Source: Chiloscyllium plagiosum
Lineage: Eukaryota
DNA length: 64,000 nt
NCBI RefSeq assembly: GCF_004010195.1
Contig: NC_057718.1
Coordinates: 5,747,110 to 5,811,109 of the forward strand
Reading direction: 5' to 3'
The notes under the pieces were generated by a model. That model was not told where the DNA came from, ran no database searches, and saw nothing but the letters and a program-made list of their open reading frames with translations. Below are positions 47,955-62,144 of the stretch, piece after piece. Position numbers and translations under genes: made by a program. Numbering within the stretch: position 1 is the first letter of the stretch; every line of letters starts with the position of its first letter.

Positions 47955-48365
47955 TCATAGAGTCATAGAGTCATGCAGCACAGAAACAGACTCTTCAATC
48001 TAACCAGTCCGTGCTGAATATGATCCCAAATTAATTGATCCATCCCGAAAATAATCTCACCTGTCTGCTCCTGGAATATAATGTTCCAAAACCTTCCTAT
48101 TTATGTATTTAACTAATTGTCTTTTAAGCTTGTAACTCTGCCCATGTCCATTACTTTCTCAGGAAGTTCATTCCACATATGAACCACCCTTTGTGCAAAC
48201 AATTTGCCCCTCCTGTTTTGTAAAAAATATCTGTTCTCCCACCTTAAAATGCCCCGAGTCTTGAAATCCCTCAACCCAGGGAAAGGACAACTACCAATAA
48301 CCCTATCAACGCTCCTCATGATTTTAACAATCTCTGTGAGGTCATCTCTCAACCTCACATGCTCC
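47955..48365 (-). mobile_element. CR1 LINE 3' end
   Basis: QRVVHMWNELPEKV; (ctatga)n tail. Confidence 0.85.
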
Positions 48366-48457
48366 GTTGGGTCTCAATGGGATGAAAGAGGAAAAGAATC
48401 TAGAGATACAAATGAGTGATCAAAGTTCGTCACACACGCACACCAACGTAACAACAA

Positions 48458-49110
48458 ATAAGATAGTGAAGAAGGCGTTTGGTATGCTTTCCTTTATTGG
48501 TCAGAGTATTGAGTACAGGGGTTGGGAGATCATGTTGCAGCTGTACAGGACATTGGTTAGGCCACTGTTGGAGTATTGCTGTAATTCTGGTCTCCTTCCT
48601 ATCGGAAAGATGTTGTGAAACTTGAAAGGGTTCAGAAAAGATTTACATGGATGTTGCCAGGGTTGGAGCATCTGAGCTACAGGGAGAGGCTGAACAGGCT
48701 GGGGCTGTTTTCCCTGGAGCATCGGAAGCTGAGGGGTGACGTTATAGAGGTTTACAAAATTATGAGAGGAATGGATAGGATAAATAGACAAAGTCTTTTC
48801 CCTGGGTTCGGGGAGTCCAGAACTAGAGGGAATAGGTTTAGGGTGAGAGGGGAAAGATATAAAAGAGACCTAAGGGGCAACATTTTCACGCAGAGGGTGG
48901 TACGTGTATGGAATGAGCTGCCAGAGGGAGTGGTGGAGGCTGGTACAATTGCAACATTTAATCGGCATTTGGATGGTATATGAATAGGAAGGGTTTGGAG
49001 GGATAGGGGCCGGGTGCTGGCAGGTGGGACTAGATTGGGTTGGGATATCTGGATGGGTTGGACCGAAAGGTCTGTTTCCGTGCTGTACATTTCTATGACT
49101 CTATGACTCT
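48458..49110 (+). mobile_element. CR1 LINE 3' end, young
   Basis: ORF 48615-48983; ctatgactctatgactct tail. Confidence 0.92.
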
Positions 49111-49273
49111 AAATACGGGATAGCGATTTATTTTTGGAAATGTAGAATTGTAAAACAGTGGTCTCTTGTGGTTGCATGGTTTCCCATTCCTTTCTATGTG
49201 CCACTTCCTTGGCCAATCAGAGTCACTTTAAAAGGAGAGGCTGAATAGACTGGGGCTATTTTCACCTGAGCGT

Positions 49274-49725
49274 TAGATTACTTACAGTGTGGAAACAGGC
49301 CCTTTGACCCAACAAGTCCACATCAACCCTCCAAAGAGCAACCCACCCAGATCCATACCCCTATGTTTACCCCTTCATCTAACACTATGGACAATTTAGC
49401 ATGGCCAATTCACTGAGATTAGATTACTTACAGTGTGGAAACAGGCCCTTTGACCCAACAAGTCCACATCAATCCTCCAAAGAGCAACCCACCCAGATCC
49501 ATACCCCTATGTTTACCCCTTCATCTAACACTATGGGCAATTTAGCATGGCCAATTCACCTAACCTGCACATTTTTGGACTGTGGGAGGTAACCGGAGCA
49601 CCAGGAGGAAACCCGTGCAGACACAGGAAGAATGTGCAAACTCCACACAGACAGTTGCCTGAGGCAGGAATTGAACCCAGGTCTCTGGTGCTGTGAGGCA
49701 GCAGTGCTAGCTACTGTGCCACCCT
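49274..49725 (-). mobile_element. HE1/V-SINE with tandem-duplicated 3' half
   Basis: 49275-49412 repeated near-identically at about 49422-49559. Confidence 0.85.
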
Positions 49726-51539
49726 GCTGGAAAAGCTGAAAACTCTCAATGGATCAGGCAACATCTGTGGAAAAGAACCAGAGCTTACGTTTCAGATCAA
49801 TGACCATTCATCAGGACTAGGAAAAATTGGAAATGTTTTTGGGAGAGTGAGGAAGAGAACAAAATAATAATTTGTGATACGGTGAAAGGCAAGAGAGATA
49901 AAGCACAACTGGTTTGTTAGTGCAGGGCAAATGGATGTGGTAGCGGATGTATCTTGAAGAGGTGTGAAGGGCAGAATGATGAATACCTGGTCTCCAAATG
50001 GAGAAACAAGAGAAAAATGGGACTAAGATCAAAACTTGTCAAGAAAAAGGAAATAAAATGGAGACAGAGATGAGCACACCCATGCTAGTCACACACTCTC
50101 TAGTTGTGCCAACATCCTTCAAGATCTGTCCTGACTTGGCATAGCTCTGCTTCCAGATGACTGAACTTCATCTCAACACCACACTGCTCATTCACCATGA
50201 CTTTTTCATTTAGTAGATAGAAAAGCATACTGGAGATCACAACTAGGATCTCGAGGGACACTTCTCTGTTGAGTAATGCAGTGGACAACTCCAATGATGC
50301 ATCTCTTAGAAGAGGTGCCAGAGAGTAATTAGGGCTCAGCTACTGATAATATCAATCAACTTACACTTGTGTTACCAAGGAAAGATATCTTGCAGTACTT
50401 ACCTTCAACCTGCATTAAATACACAATGTGACAGGATTTGTTGGTGAAGTCCCCTATTCAATTAGTGGGAAGGACGTTCTATCAACTCACTGATTGTATG
50501 AAAATTGCACATTTTCACATCCCAAGATGCCCAAAGGAGTGAGAGCCAAGACAAATGAATTTTGGATAGGTAAGTTTTTAAAGCAGTCACTTTCCTGGCT
50601 TTGACTGTGAAGTATATGCAAACATAAAGTGAGCATTTCAGAAAGTGCACCATGTAACATTTGGGGTGTACAGACTGGGTTTACTGTTTGCGAAGCAACA
50701 TCTTTTTCTTACCTCACACTATTACACCTCTTAGATATAGATTAGGCTTAATCTGAAGCTACCTAACTGACAGGGCAAGTTGAATACCAGCCAGAGAGGA
50801 CTTTGCTGATTTTGGTCAACAATAAGATATTGGGTGGTTTGCTGTAATGACTTTCTTTGAAATGGACAGGAACTCTAATACATACAAGAATCCCAGAATC
50901 CCCAAGAGTCGCTTCACTATTAGTCAATTAATTTCTGAAGTGTAATCACACTTGATATTTCGGCAAACAGAAGAGATTGGATCCAGCAAGATCCCATAAC
51001 CTGAAAATGAGAGAAATGACCAAATTATGATGGAGCCTCAGTAAGATGTTTCTTAAATTAAGCTGATACTTTCCTGACTTCAATAAACTCTGTAATTTGT
51101 TTTGTTTAGCAGCAGAATGAGACAGAGAATATTATAAGGTGGCAACGAGTGAAGAGACAGTGTGATGATGTCTCTGTAATTACCAAAAGGCTTTTGAGCA
51201 GGTTGCATAAATGTGGTAGACGTGTGGCTGAATTGGTGCCAAATATCGAGAAGATATCATGCTGCATTTAGCCTTGCAGTGAAAGTGAGTACTGAGCAGG
51301 TCAGTATGTTATGGTTTGCAATGAATGTGTAGATGACAACCCAGTTGGCACGCGATTGACAGAGAAAATGCTACATTAGGGAAGTAATAAAAACATTGGA
51401 AGCCCATTTCAGTCTGTAAAAAAATATAATTTTTTAAAATTAATACTGAGGATGTGGGCATCACTGGCTGAGCCAATGTTTTTGCCCATCCCTTGTTGCC
51501 CTTGAGAAGGTGATGTTTTCTTGAAACACTGCACACCAT

Positions 51540-51721
51540 TTAGATTAGATTAGATTAGATTAGATTATTTACAGTGTGGAAACAGGCCCTTCGGCCCAAC
51601 AAGTCCACACCGACCCTCCAAAGAGCAACACATCCAGACCCATTCCCTTACATTTACCCCTGCACCTAACACTACGGGCAATTTAGCATGGCCAACTCAC
51701 CTAACCTGCACATTTTTGGAC
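51540..51721 (-). mobile_element. HE1 SINE 3' half with (TTAGA)n tail
   Basis: ttagattagattagatt..acagtgtggaaacaggccc. Confidence 0.85.
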
Positions 51722-51844
51722 AGTTAGGGAAGAAATTCCAGAAGTTTCCTTAGAGCCCTCTTCTTGAAGTTCTACAAAGCCACTGTGGTAATATGTTAAT
51801 TTGAGGAATCAAGGACTTCATAAAGAAAAGACATCAATAATGTT

Positions 51845-52315
51845 AGACCATAAGACCATAAGACATAGGAGTGGAAGTAAGGCCATTCGGCCCATCGAGT
51901 CCACTCCGCCATTCAATCATGGCTGATGCGCATTTCAGCTCCACTTACCAGCGTTCTCCCCGTAGCCCTTAATTCCTCTAGACAACAAGAATCTATCAAT
52001 CTCGGCCTTGAAGACATTTAGCGTTCCGGCTTCCACTGCACTCCGTGGCAATGAATTCCACAGGCCCACCACTCTCTGGCTGAAGAAATGTCTCCGCATT
52101 TCTGTTCTGAAATGACCCCCTCTAATTCTAAGGCTGTGTCCACGGGTCCTAGTCTCCTCGTCTAACTGAAACAATTTCCTAGCATCCACCTTTTCCAAGC
52201 CATGTATTATTTTGTACATCTCTATTAAGTCTCCCCTTAATCTTCTAAACTCCAACGAATACAATCCCAGTATCCTCAGCCGTTCCTCATATGTTAGACC
52301 TGTCATTCCAGGGAT
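51845..52315 (-). mobile_element. Young CR1 LINE 3' end with intact ORF2 C-terminus
   Basis: ORF 51935-52306; (tcttatgg)n tail; tgtt flanks. Confidence 0.92.
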
Positions 52316-54622
52316 CTGTTTGAAGCACTTCCCCTTATCTACTGCTCTCTCTGAAGATTAAAATCTCACAACTCCAATGTCCATTGGTCCCATATTAAGC
52401 AGGAATTAATTTATTTCCATGCATTTTCATCTTATTGCTAACTGGCCTCCCGTCCTTTCATTGGAGGTCCCAATTCTCTTTCTCCTCTCTTGCCACATAA
52501 TTCAACAGGCTGAATTTTATCATTGATTTGCTAAGTATCAATTTTTGTGAGTTTCATGGAAGGTTTCACTCCATGAGTTCAGGGGAGTTTTCTCAAAATA
52601 TCTTCCTAAACCTGCCTCAGCTGCTATGTGCCATGATTCTATTGGGCTTCGCTCGTCATATTCTCCCATTGCCATAAGTGGAGGAATTGGCCACTGATAG
52701 GACCACTTTTCCAGCACCCCACTCTCACCAGCAAGAATCCCTTACTGCCATTTTGATAATGGGACCTTTCACTTTCAACATTGAGAAGCTCCTCACTGAC
52801 CATCTCACTCAATTCTCCTAACTTTTTGCCATTATCCAACATAAGAGCATAAGATATAGGAGCTTAATTCTACAATTTAGCCCTTTCAGGTCTGCTCTGC
52901 CAATTGATCGTGGCTGCTATGTTCCTCAACACCATTCTCTTGCCTTCTCCCTTGATCCCCTTACTAATCAAGAACCTACTGATCTCTGCCTTAAATTGTT
53001 TCATTGACTTGACTCCATTGCACTTTGTGGTACTGAGTTCCATCAATTCACCACCACCACATCAGTCAGGGGTAGGAAGATTCTATCCTATGGTTTGGAA
53101 AGGCCGAATGCATACTATTAAACTAAAGAATGAAGCGTTTAGTGAGAAAAATCACCATGGTTCATGATAGACTGCATGCTCTGAGCCTTTCCCAAAAGTA
53201 CACATTGCCAAAATATGGGAAAATGCGGCTCTAAGGGTATTATATATGGCACCTAAGAGGTATTGGCCAATCCCAAAATTTATCAAGGAGATAAATCAGG
53301 AAGATTCATCCTTTATGATGTAGAATCAGAGAAGGAAATTGTTTCAGGATTTGGTAGCTAACAACAACATTGAGATGATCCCTCTACATAACAGATACTT
53401 TATATTATCCGCTAGTAACTGCCTGCTGAGATTTAATACGAAACTCTTGCGTGTTTGAAGTGAAAGGCAGACGGTCATTAGGAAAGAGTTGAAGTACTAC
53501 AGTTGGCATGAAAACAATTAGCATCCCGTTGTAAAGGTCTGCTCTGGCAGATCAAGGCATACATACATCGACAAGAATAGAAGAAAACAACAGTAGACGT
53601 TAAGAGAAAGAAAAATCCGAGGAAATGATTGATGTTTTTGCTTCAGTTGATAAAATGTGGTGTAGTTGTAAAGATCAACATCTCCTCTGGTCTTTGAAGT
53701 ATTTGATTGCAGTTCTTTAATGAAAGCACCTCATTTCAGACACGACTTCCCTTGACAATTTTCCAAATTTACTCATCATCACACGCTCTTGACAAGCTGA
53801 ATATTGTCTGTAATACATTGAGCAGAAATGTGGAAAGGATGACAGGAATCCATCCAATTGATGTCCATTTATGTGACCAGTATTCCAGACACGCTACTTT
53901 GTTTCAGCCCATCAGCAAACAGCTTCCTTCAATTAAGCACTAAAGCAAAGAATTCCCTGAAACTCGTGTTCAGTTCCAACAGTTATTAGAGAATCAGCCT
54001 ACTGCAACAAATTGCATTTATAAAGTGCCTTTAACTTGGCAAAATACCACAAAGTGATTCACAGCATTCAAAGGGAGGTATTGGGACAGGTGACCAAAAG
54101 TATTGTCAATGAGGCAATCGTTAGAGAATTTAGTTAGCTCAGTTGACTAGATGGCAGGTTTGCAACAAAGAGTGATCTCAACAGAGTGAGTTTGATTCCC
54201 ATACTGACTGAGGTTATCGTGAGGGACTCTCCTTAACTTCTCCCCTCAGCTGAGGTGTGGTGACTCTCAGGTTAAACTTTCCCTAATGAGAAAGCAGACC
54301 CATGGTCCGGTAGAACTATGGTGACCTTCCCATACCATGAACGTGTGTGTTAAAGCAGGAGGGTAGGATCAATGGAAAGGTTTATTCTGGGCATTTCAGA
54401 GCATAGATGGCTGAAGGCACAGCCTCGAATGATAGGACATGTGCAAGGAGTCAGTATTGGAGAAATTGCATAGATCCTGGAGGGTTGTAAGGCCATGGGA
54501 AGTTATAGAGAAGTGGAGGAATGAGGCCAGGGATTTACACCATAGTACACATACATTTTAATTCTCTTGATCCTCTAACATTCACAGTGAATAGACAGTC
54601 CAACTTTCCCCAATGGTTCTTT

Positions 54623-54940
54623 TTAGATTAGATTCCCTACAGTGTGGAAACAGGCCCTTCGGCCCAACTAGCCCACATTGACCCTCTGAAGGGTAATCCA
54701 CCCAGACCCATTTCCTTCTGACTAATGCACCTAGCACTATGGGCAATTTAACATGGCCAATTCACCTGACCTGCACTTCTTTGGACTGTGGGAGGAAACC
54801 AGAGCACATGGAGGAAACCCATGCAGACACAGGGAGAATATGCAAACTCCACACAGGCAGTTGCCTGAGACTGGGATTGAACCTGAGACCCTGTTGGTGT
54901 GAGGCAGCAGTGCTAACCTCTGAGCCACCGTGCCACCCCG
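54623..54940 (-). mobile_element. HE1/V-SINE, full length
   Basis: 5' ggggtggcacggtggctcagagg on minus strand; V-domain; TTAGA tail. Confidence 0.88.
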
Positions 54941-55369
54941 TTTTGAGTAGGATAACCTCAACCCATAAGTATGTTAATACTTATGGCTGTGAAAGGAATC
55001 CTTTACATGATTCTTAGCTTTAATGAGGACAGTCCTAGGGTCTACTTTGACCAGAGTTTGGTAATGGCTGTCAAATAAGCAATAGTCATTTTTAACATTT
55101 AGAAGGAAATATTACTGTGGAGACAGGAGCATGAGCAGTTTCCACTTCAACCTAAAGTCATGCTGGAAAAAATGGTTTGCAGCCAGCCAATGGTATACAA
55201 AGTTTAGCTGGAATAACAGGTGGACCACAACTAGGAGGTCTCGCTTTATTGAACAAAATAGAGAGGTCTCCACACAAAGCTCTGCCCACTTCTGAGGCAG
55301 TCCTCCAATTCCTTCCCTGTCCACTCTCAATCCCCCCCCCAACTAAGGATTGGAGTGTTAACTGGAAAT

Positions 55370-55960
55370 ATCATAGCGGAGGTCCTGTGGGTGTTTGATG
55401 TGGGCAGTGTAGAGGAAGCTTACTCTGTATCCAATCCCATGTTGTTCCTCTTGTAGAAGTGTTTAATGGGGACAATGTCAAAGCAGATTTACTGTGTGTC
55501 TAATCCCCTGCTGTCCCTCTTCTGGGTGTGTTGAATGGGGACAGTGTAGAGAGAACCTTACTCTGTATCTAACCCAGTGCTGTCCTTGTCCTGGCAAGTT
55601 TGATGGAGACAATGCAGAGGGAGCTTTACTCTGTATCTAACCCCGTGCTGTCCCTGTCCTGGGAGAGTTTGATGGAGGAAATTTTACTCTGTATCTAATG
55701 CCATTCTGCCCTGACCAGGTTGTGTTAGATGGGGGTAATGCAAAGGGAGCTTTACTTTGTATCTAATGCGTGCGGTCCTAGAACTGGGAGTGTATGATGG
55801 GGACAACACAGAGGGAGTCTTACTCTGTCTTGAATCCAGTCTTGCACCTATCCTGCCAGTGTTTGATGTGGACAGTGCAGAGGGAACTTTATCCTTTTTC
55901 AAACTCCGTGTTATACCTCCCTACGAGTATTTAATGAGGACAACGTAGAAAAAGCTTTGA
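55370..55960 (-). repeat. Decayed ~69 bp minisatellite (same family as 41056-41547)
   Basis: gagctttactctgtatctaaccc..tgtcct units. Confidence 0.75.
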
Positions 55961-56529
55961 AATTCTTCCTTTTCCTGTACTGGTAACAGCATTTATGTTC
56001 AGCTTGATGAACTAAACAAAAATAAAACTACCTATATCTTTACATTTAACTGGTGTACACTGAAGCTCTGTGGTTATGGAAAATGTAATTACAAATATTT
56101 ACAATGCAAGTTAATATGTTTATAATAAGGTTACAATGGCTACACAGAAATGCTGCTTTATTTACACATCTGTGCAAAGATATAATCAAATTTTTAATCA
56201 TGATTTTAATTTATACACTTGTGGTTAATTGTCTTACTACTGTCTGTAAAGTAGCACAAATAATCAACAGTTTGCTATTCTGAGCAAATAGTTTTTAAAA
56301 TGTCTATCTCGACCCAACAGGTTTCTCTGTGGAATATTGTTCAGCTTTTCCAGGAGAATTATTTATTTCAGAGAACTCACCTTTCAGACATTTTGGAATA
56401 TTGTGACGAAGTATTCACTGAAGAGAGAGCCTTGTGAGTACTTGCTGCAGAACCTTAAGAAACTGCAGGAATAATTTATGGTTTCCAGCCAATGTCTACA
56501 AGCTCCCAAAAGGAAATTCCTTTTCTCAC

Positions 56530-56755
56530 TAAAACAAAGTTCTGCGGATGCTGGAAATCGGAATCAAAAATAGAAATTGCTGGAGAACCTCAGCAGGTGT
56601 GGCATGGGAGCATTTTTGGAGAGAAAACGCAGTTTATGCTTCAGTTCCAGAGTAACCCTTCTTCAGATCAGAACGCTGTGGACTCAAAATGTTAACACTT
56701 CTCCACAGATGCTGCCAGATTCGCTGAGTATCTCCAGCTGTCTCTGGTTTTGTTT
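56530..56755. mobile_element. Decayed hairpin PLE-derived element (subfamily C)
   Basis: gctggagaacctcagc / gctgagtatctccagc arms; cccttcttcag. Confidence 0.6.
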
Positions 56756-56829
56756 CATTTCTAAATCATGTCTGGAAGCAAGGAAGAACAACAATCTAAG
56801 TCAGCATCGAAAAGTCAAAGGAATTGTTC

Positions 56830-57048
56830 ATGTGCTGACCAACATTTCTCTCTCAATCAATGGCACTAAAAGCAGAGTATCAGGTTATTACTGCTGTTGT
56901 TTGTGGGAGATGGATGTTGACAAATTAGCTGATACTTTTCCTACATTGCGGCAGCGACCATACTCCAAAAACATTTCATTTTTTATTTAAGTTCTTTGGA
57001 ACATCCTAAGGTTGTGAACAGTGCGATACAAATGCAATCCTTTCTTTC
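56830..57048 (+). mobile_element. DeuSINE 3' portion
   Basis: tgtttgtgggag..caaattagctg..ttcctacatt..atacaaatgcaatcctttctttc. Confidence 0.6.
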
Positions 57049-57632
57049 TACTTATCAGTATAACATCAGTGTGTTCTAAAATAAGATATTGTCCACGATG
57101 TGAATTGAGATTCCTAAGATGGGATGACGTCTGATTTTAATACAAGTTTTCATGAAGATTCTATCTCACAGGAGCTGCTAATGCTCCCCAGAATTGTGCC
57201 ACTTTGTCATATTACTACTTAACATTGTAGGCAGAGCAATCTTGTTTCATTTTCCGTTAACCACGGGCACTGGAAAATGTCTCTAAATATTTTAACAGGG
57301 TCAGACAGTGGTAGAAAAAGCCTTGAAGTGGAATGCATCACTTTTAATGATGCAGACCGATACTGCCCTTTCACAGAATTCCCAGTTGCTTGGGAAAAGA
57401 AAAGGGATAAGAATTGGCAGGTTACTCATGACTGAACTGCACATGACAAACTTGCAATTAAAACGATTAAACATGAGATTAGAGAGAACCTTGCAGAGTC
57501 GTGTTACCGTGTAGTAGCCTGGTGTTTCATGTGCAGGACTGGTGACTCATTATTACTGCCATCCATTTTCTAGAACTACGTTATACACGCGTTTGGCACA
57601 GACAATTGTGTTCTCATCTCTAAATCTAAAGG

Positions 57633-57912
57633 TTTAGATTAAATTCAATTCCCTACAGTGTGGAAACAGGCCCTTCAACCCTCCAAAGAGTAGCCAACCC
57701 AGATCCATTTCCCTCTGACTAATACACCTAACACTATGGGCAATTCACTTGACTGCACATCTTTGGATTGCGGGTGGAAACCGGAGCACCCGGAGGAAAC
57801 CCACACAGACACAAGAAGAATGTGCAAACTCCACAGACAGTCACCTGAGGCGGGAATCAAATCCAGGTCCCTGGCGCTGTAAGGCAACAGTGCTAACCAC
57901 TGAGCCACCATG
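57633..57912 (-). mobile_element. HE1/V-SINE
   Basis: V-domain and tRNA-like head on minus strand. Confidence 0.85.
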
Positions 57913-58934
57913 TCATTGCAGACTCAGTTTTCACTCTGCAGTTAAAATTTCCCCTGACAAGGTACAGCAGTCCAGGAGGGAGTGTCGCATGGCCACAGGG
58001 ATCTGTGTTTGTCCTCTCTTGTGGCTCGAGAAGATCCCATGTATCACTCTGAAGAAGAACAGGGGGATCTCCACAACTAACCTCACTAAAGCAGATGGTC
58101 GGTTCAATGCCATTCTGCTTCTCATGGGACCACGCTCCGAAGCAAGCTTTTCTCTTGTATCAAGTACTAGCAAGTTTTACAAGAATAAGGAAAGTAGACA
58201 GAACACCTGGCGTCGACTCATTGGAAACGACAATGGCAAACGTAGTTCTGTCAACCCTGTAAGGTTTTCCTGACTAACATTTCGGAGCTAATGCCAAAGT
58301 TGGAACTGTCTCACAGAGGAGTCAACAACAGCCTAACATAGCATACTCACAGTATCATAGCGTAAAGGCAATGCTCCAGACACCAACTTCCCTGGGTGTA
58401 TCCTGTCTCACTAACAGGACAGACCCAGCAAAGATGGCAGAATAGTATTATACAGTCAGGAGAGAGTTGTCTGGGAGTTCTCAACATTGACTTTGGAACT
58501 TATGAAGTCATAGCATCAAGTCAATCATGGGCAAGGAAATTGAATGCTGACTACCACCCACCATTTCCAACTTTCTCAAGAGCAACTAAATGACAGGCAA
58601 TAAATGCTGGCCAGTTAGTGAAGCTCATGTACTGTGAATGAATATAGCAGTAATATCGCTGCTGCAATGTCCTACATAAAAAAGTTGCTGCACTTCAAAA
58701 AAAAGGTTGTTGGGATATCCCAAGGTTGTGAAACATGTTGTCTCTGATTGACTGAGCCACAAATCTTTCTGAGTGAGAATGAACCTCCGTTGAAAAGTTG
58801 ACACTGTCATCCTCTTGAAAACCAGGCCAAATATCAGATCAGTTACCTCATTTGGATTAGGAGTAAAGCATTTGCACTGGGATTCTGTCTATGCCTTTGT
58901 CAAAAGTATAAGAATGCTATTGACTTTTATCTTT

Positions 58935-59064
58935 CAGTTCTGAAGAAGAGTCTCACTGGACTTGAAACTTTAACTCTGTCTCTCTCACGCTACAGATGCT
59001 GCCAGACCTGCTGAGTTTCACCACCATTTTCCATGTTTATTTCAGATTTCCAGAAAAAGCAGTA
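58935..59064 (+). mobile_element. PLE-derived element (subfamily C) with hammerhead-like fold
   Basis: AGUU-CUGAAGA-A-GAGUC-UCACUG-GACUU-GAAA-C-UUU-AACU; ttttatcttt at 58925-58934 and 59065-59074. Confidence 0.65.
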
Positions 59065-59997
59065 TTTTATCTTTACTCACTGTAAGGCTGATTGGTGTGG
59101 GGAATGGGCATTGTGCAGTAAGATTGGCTTAAAACATGTTGTTCTCCACGTTAAGCAATACAGTCCAATTTCACGAACAGGCCAGCAACCCTGTCACAAG
59201 CACGGGCACAAAAATGTTACACTCAGAAATTTTACATCAATGCTGCACACCTGACAGTTTAGTTTAATATGATTTACAGCTCTTTCACAACACTCTCACC
59301 AACTCCTTGATGCTCATACGCAGAAATTAGCATCATCCTTTGCTTGTGCTTTCACTCTGCCCCTGTTCTTTTGTGTGATAGAATCACCCTGAGAATGAAA
59401 AACAAAATCTCACCTCCTCATGATGCTCATCTAATCTCTTTTGGAACTGGAATCAAAAATAAAACGGGCTGCTATTTAAACAAATGTTATGGTAATCGCT
59501 CACTTGTGATTCAGTTCAACAACTGCTTAGAATTTCCATCAGAAAACTATCTGTCTGCCTCTGTCCAATCATCAAAGTGAGTTGATTAACAATAAACATG
59601 CAAACCGTGACCTATAGCTAAATATCAATGTCCAAACTGTCACAATTGGAATTGACATCCGGATAGAGTTTAACATCGCATGACCACACATAGCAAATAA
59701 AGATGCAGTCAATTAAAAGCTGGGTCTGTCTGAATGGAATTTGGAATATCATGCAAAGAAAATGCTCTTTAGCTTCACTCTTCATTTGTGAAGACCACCA
59801 ATGCCGAGTTTCAGTTCGACAGTTGTTAAGTGCCCTCTGTTTACTGTAACAATTCATGTACACAGGCTATTCAACCACGATGGGGGCAATAGAGGAATGG
59901 GGTTGAGGATTTGTGAGTCTCACAGTTGACTAGGTCCTCATCCACGCACCTTCCTGCCAAAGCCCATTATGCAGAGATTGACAGCTAGAATGTAGAC

Positions 59998-60283
59998 TTT
60001 AGATTACTGACAGTGTGTAAACAGGCCCTTCGGCCCAACAAGACCACATCAACCCACCGAAGCGTAACCCACGCAGACCCATTCCCCTACACCTAACACT
60101 ACGAGCAATTTAGCATGGTCAATTCACCTAACCTGCACATTTTTGGACTGTGGGAGGAAACCGGAGCAAACCCACGCAGACACAGGGAGAATGTACAAAC
60201 TCCACACAGACTGTCGCCTGAGGCGGTAATTGAACCCGGGTCTCTAGCACTGTGAGGTAGCAGTGCCAACCACTGTGCCACCG
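59998..60283 (-). mobile_element. HE1/V-SINE
   Basis: acggtggcacagtggttggcact head on minus strand; V-domain. Confidence 0.88.
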
Positions 60284-60307
60284 TTTCTTCCTCCACCCTA
60301 ACACTTC

Positions 60308-60665
60308 AGGGGAGGTGATGGCCTAGTGCACTATGTCTGGACTGTTAACCCAGAAACCCAGATAATGTTCAGGGCACCTGGGTTTGAATCCTGCAGCAGC
60401 AGGTGGTGGAATTGAATTCAATAAAACAAAAATTGGAATTAAGAGTCTAATGACAACCATGAATCCATTGTTGATTATTGGGAAAACTCCATCTGGTTCT
60501 CTAATGTCCTTTAGGGAAAGAAGCTGCCATCCTTACCTGGTCTGGTCTACTTGTGACTCCAGACACACAGCAGTGTGTGGTTGACTCTTAACTGCCCTCT
60601 GGGTTATTAGGGATGGGTATTAAATGCTGTTTAGCCAGCGATGCCCTTATCCCGTGAATGAATGA
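60308..60665 (+). mobile_element. tRNA-headed SINE (second family), full length
   Basis: gatggcctagtg A-box-like, gggtttgaatcc B-box, tail taaatgctg..agccagcgatgcc..atgaatgaa. Confidence 0.75.
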
Positions 60666-61280
60666 ATTAAACAATACTTGATTACTAAAGCTGATTATTA
60701 ATGTCTCACAATACTGATGATAGATGTGGGAGTTCAGTCCAGACCTGGAAGAAAATGCAGGATTTTCCTTATTTCCTTGCAGTATTGGGTCCTGCCTGCC
60801 ATCAGTTTTTTGAGGCTTCCGAGAATGGCATTATGAAAAATGCAGAGTTAGCAAGGTGGAGATAAGGCTCATTGGCAATTCATTCAGATAAATAGACTTT
60901 TAGCTTCAGGAGCTCTCTCACAGTACATCAGGGAGAATGGTAACATCGCCGTTCCTTTACTGTCGCTGGGTCAAAATTCTGAAACTCTCTCCCTAATGAT
61001 ATTGTGGGTCTACCTAGAGTGAGTAAAAGCCAGCACAATTCATAATGAATCCCCATTCAAGAAAGCCTGTGGCATTTTCCAACAGGACATTGATAAATAT
61101 TATTTTTGCTTCCTAAGCACAATATGGCAATGGAATTGGGAGAATGATTTGTAAACATCATGCCACAGACCCACCTACATTTACATCATTACAAATGCTT
61201 ATAGACCGAATCTCCATTCTAAATGTCTACATGGGGGCTTTCAATATTGAGATCAAAATGCACCAAAATTATCAAAATCC

Positions 61281-61655
61281 AGGGGAGACGATCGGGTAGT
61301 GGTAATGTCACTGAACTACAAATCCAGAATTCTAAATTAATGTTCTGAGGATATGTGTTCACATCACATCATGGCAAATGGTGAAATTTGAATTCAATCA
61401 AAATCTGGAATTAAAAACTAGCATAATGGTGACCATGCCCCCAGTCTCAGTTGATGTAAAACCCCATCTGGTTCACTACTGTCTGTTGTGGAAGGAAATT
61501 TGCCATCCTTACCTAGTCTGGTCTACATGTGGCTCCAGACCCACAGCAATGTGGTTTACTCTTAACTGCCCTCTGGACTTCACCAGTTTCCTCATTTCCC
61601 AGGGATGGGCAATAAGTGCTGGCCTGACCAGAGACACCCTCATTCCATTGACAAC
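61281..61655 (+). mobile_element. tRNA-headed SINE (second family) with short PLE snippet inside
   Basis: Homologous to 60308-60665; extra ggacttcaccagtttcctcatttccc at about 61576-61600. Confidence 0.7.
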
Positions 61656-62144
61656 TTAAAATAATGTGGTAGTTAGAAGTATCAGCATTCAGAGGATTTC
61701 GGTTATCATATAAAAATTGTGTGGTCATAAAAATAACCTTTATAGAAAAATAGGATGTACATAATCTAACTACATTTACCTATGTGCACAATGCGTTAAG
61801 GATGGTGGAAGTCTAGAATTCTTTTCCTCAAATGACAGTGGAAGCAGGATCTTTTAATTCTGAGATGGACAGATTTCTGTTAAGCAAAGATATTAAGGGA
61901 TAAGGGCCAAAAGCAGGTATATGGAGGTAGGCCACAGATCATCCACGATTTCATTGAATGGTGGTACAGGCTAGAGAGACAGAATGGCCTGTCCTTATCT
62001 TCCAATGTCATGTATTCTCTGCTGGAGACAGTTCTGGGACTCACTGACTGCTGGTGTTTCAGTCTGAGCTGTTGTTTTAGTCAGTGGTGGTTTACTATGC
62101 CTCCTACTCTTAGGGGCAGGAGAAGAAGGCAGGTCCCTATCCTA

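Noticed and set aside
56321..56462. Exon-like splice signals on both strands (+ 56321-56433; - 56381-56462 with ttcctgcag| and AAG|gtgagt)
   Set aside because: No recognisable protein in any frame and no partner exons; the minus-strand candidate has stops in all frames. A non-coding exon cannot be excluded without RNA-seq.
57749..58273. 174 aa + strand ORF
   Set aside because: Runs through an antisense HE1 SINE and DeuSINE-like remnants; no protein family resemblance
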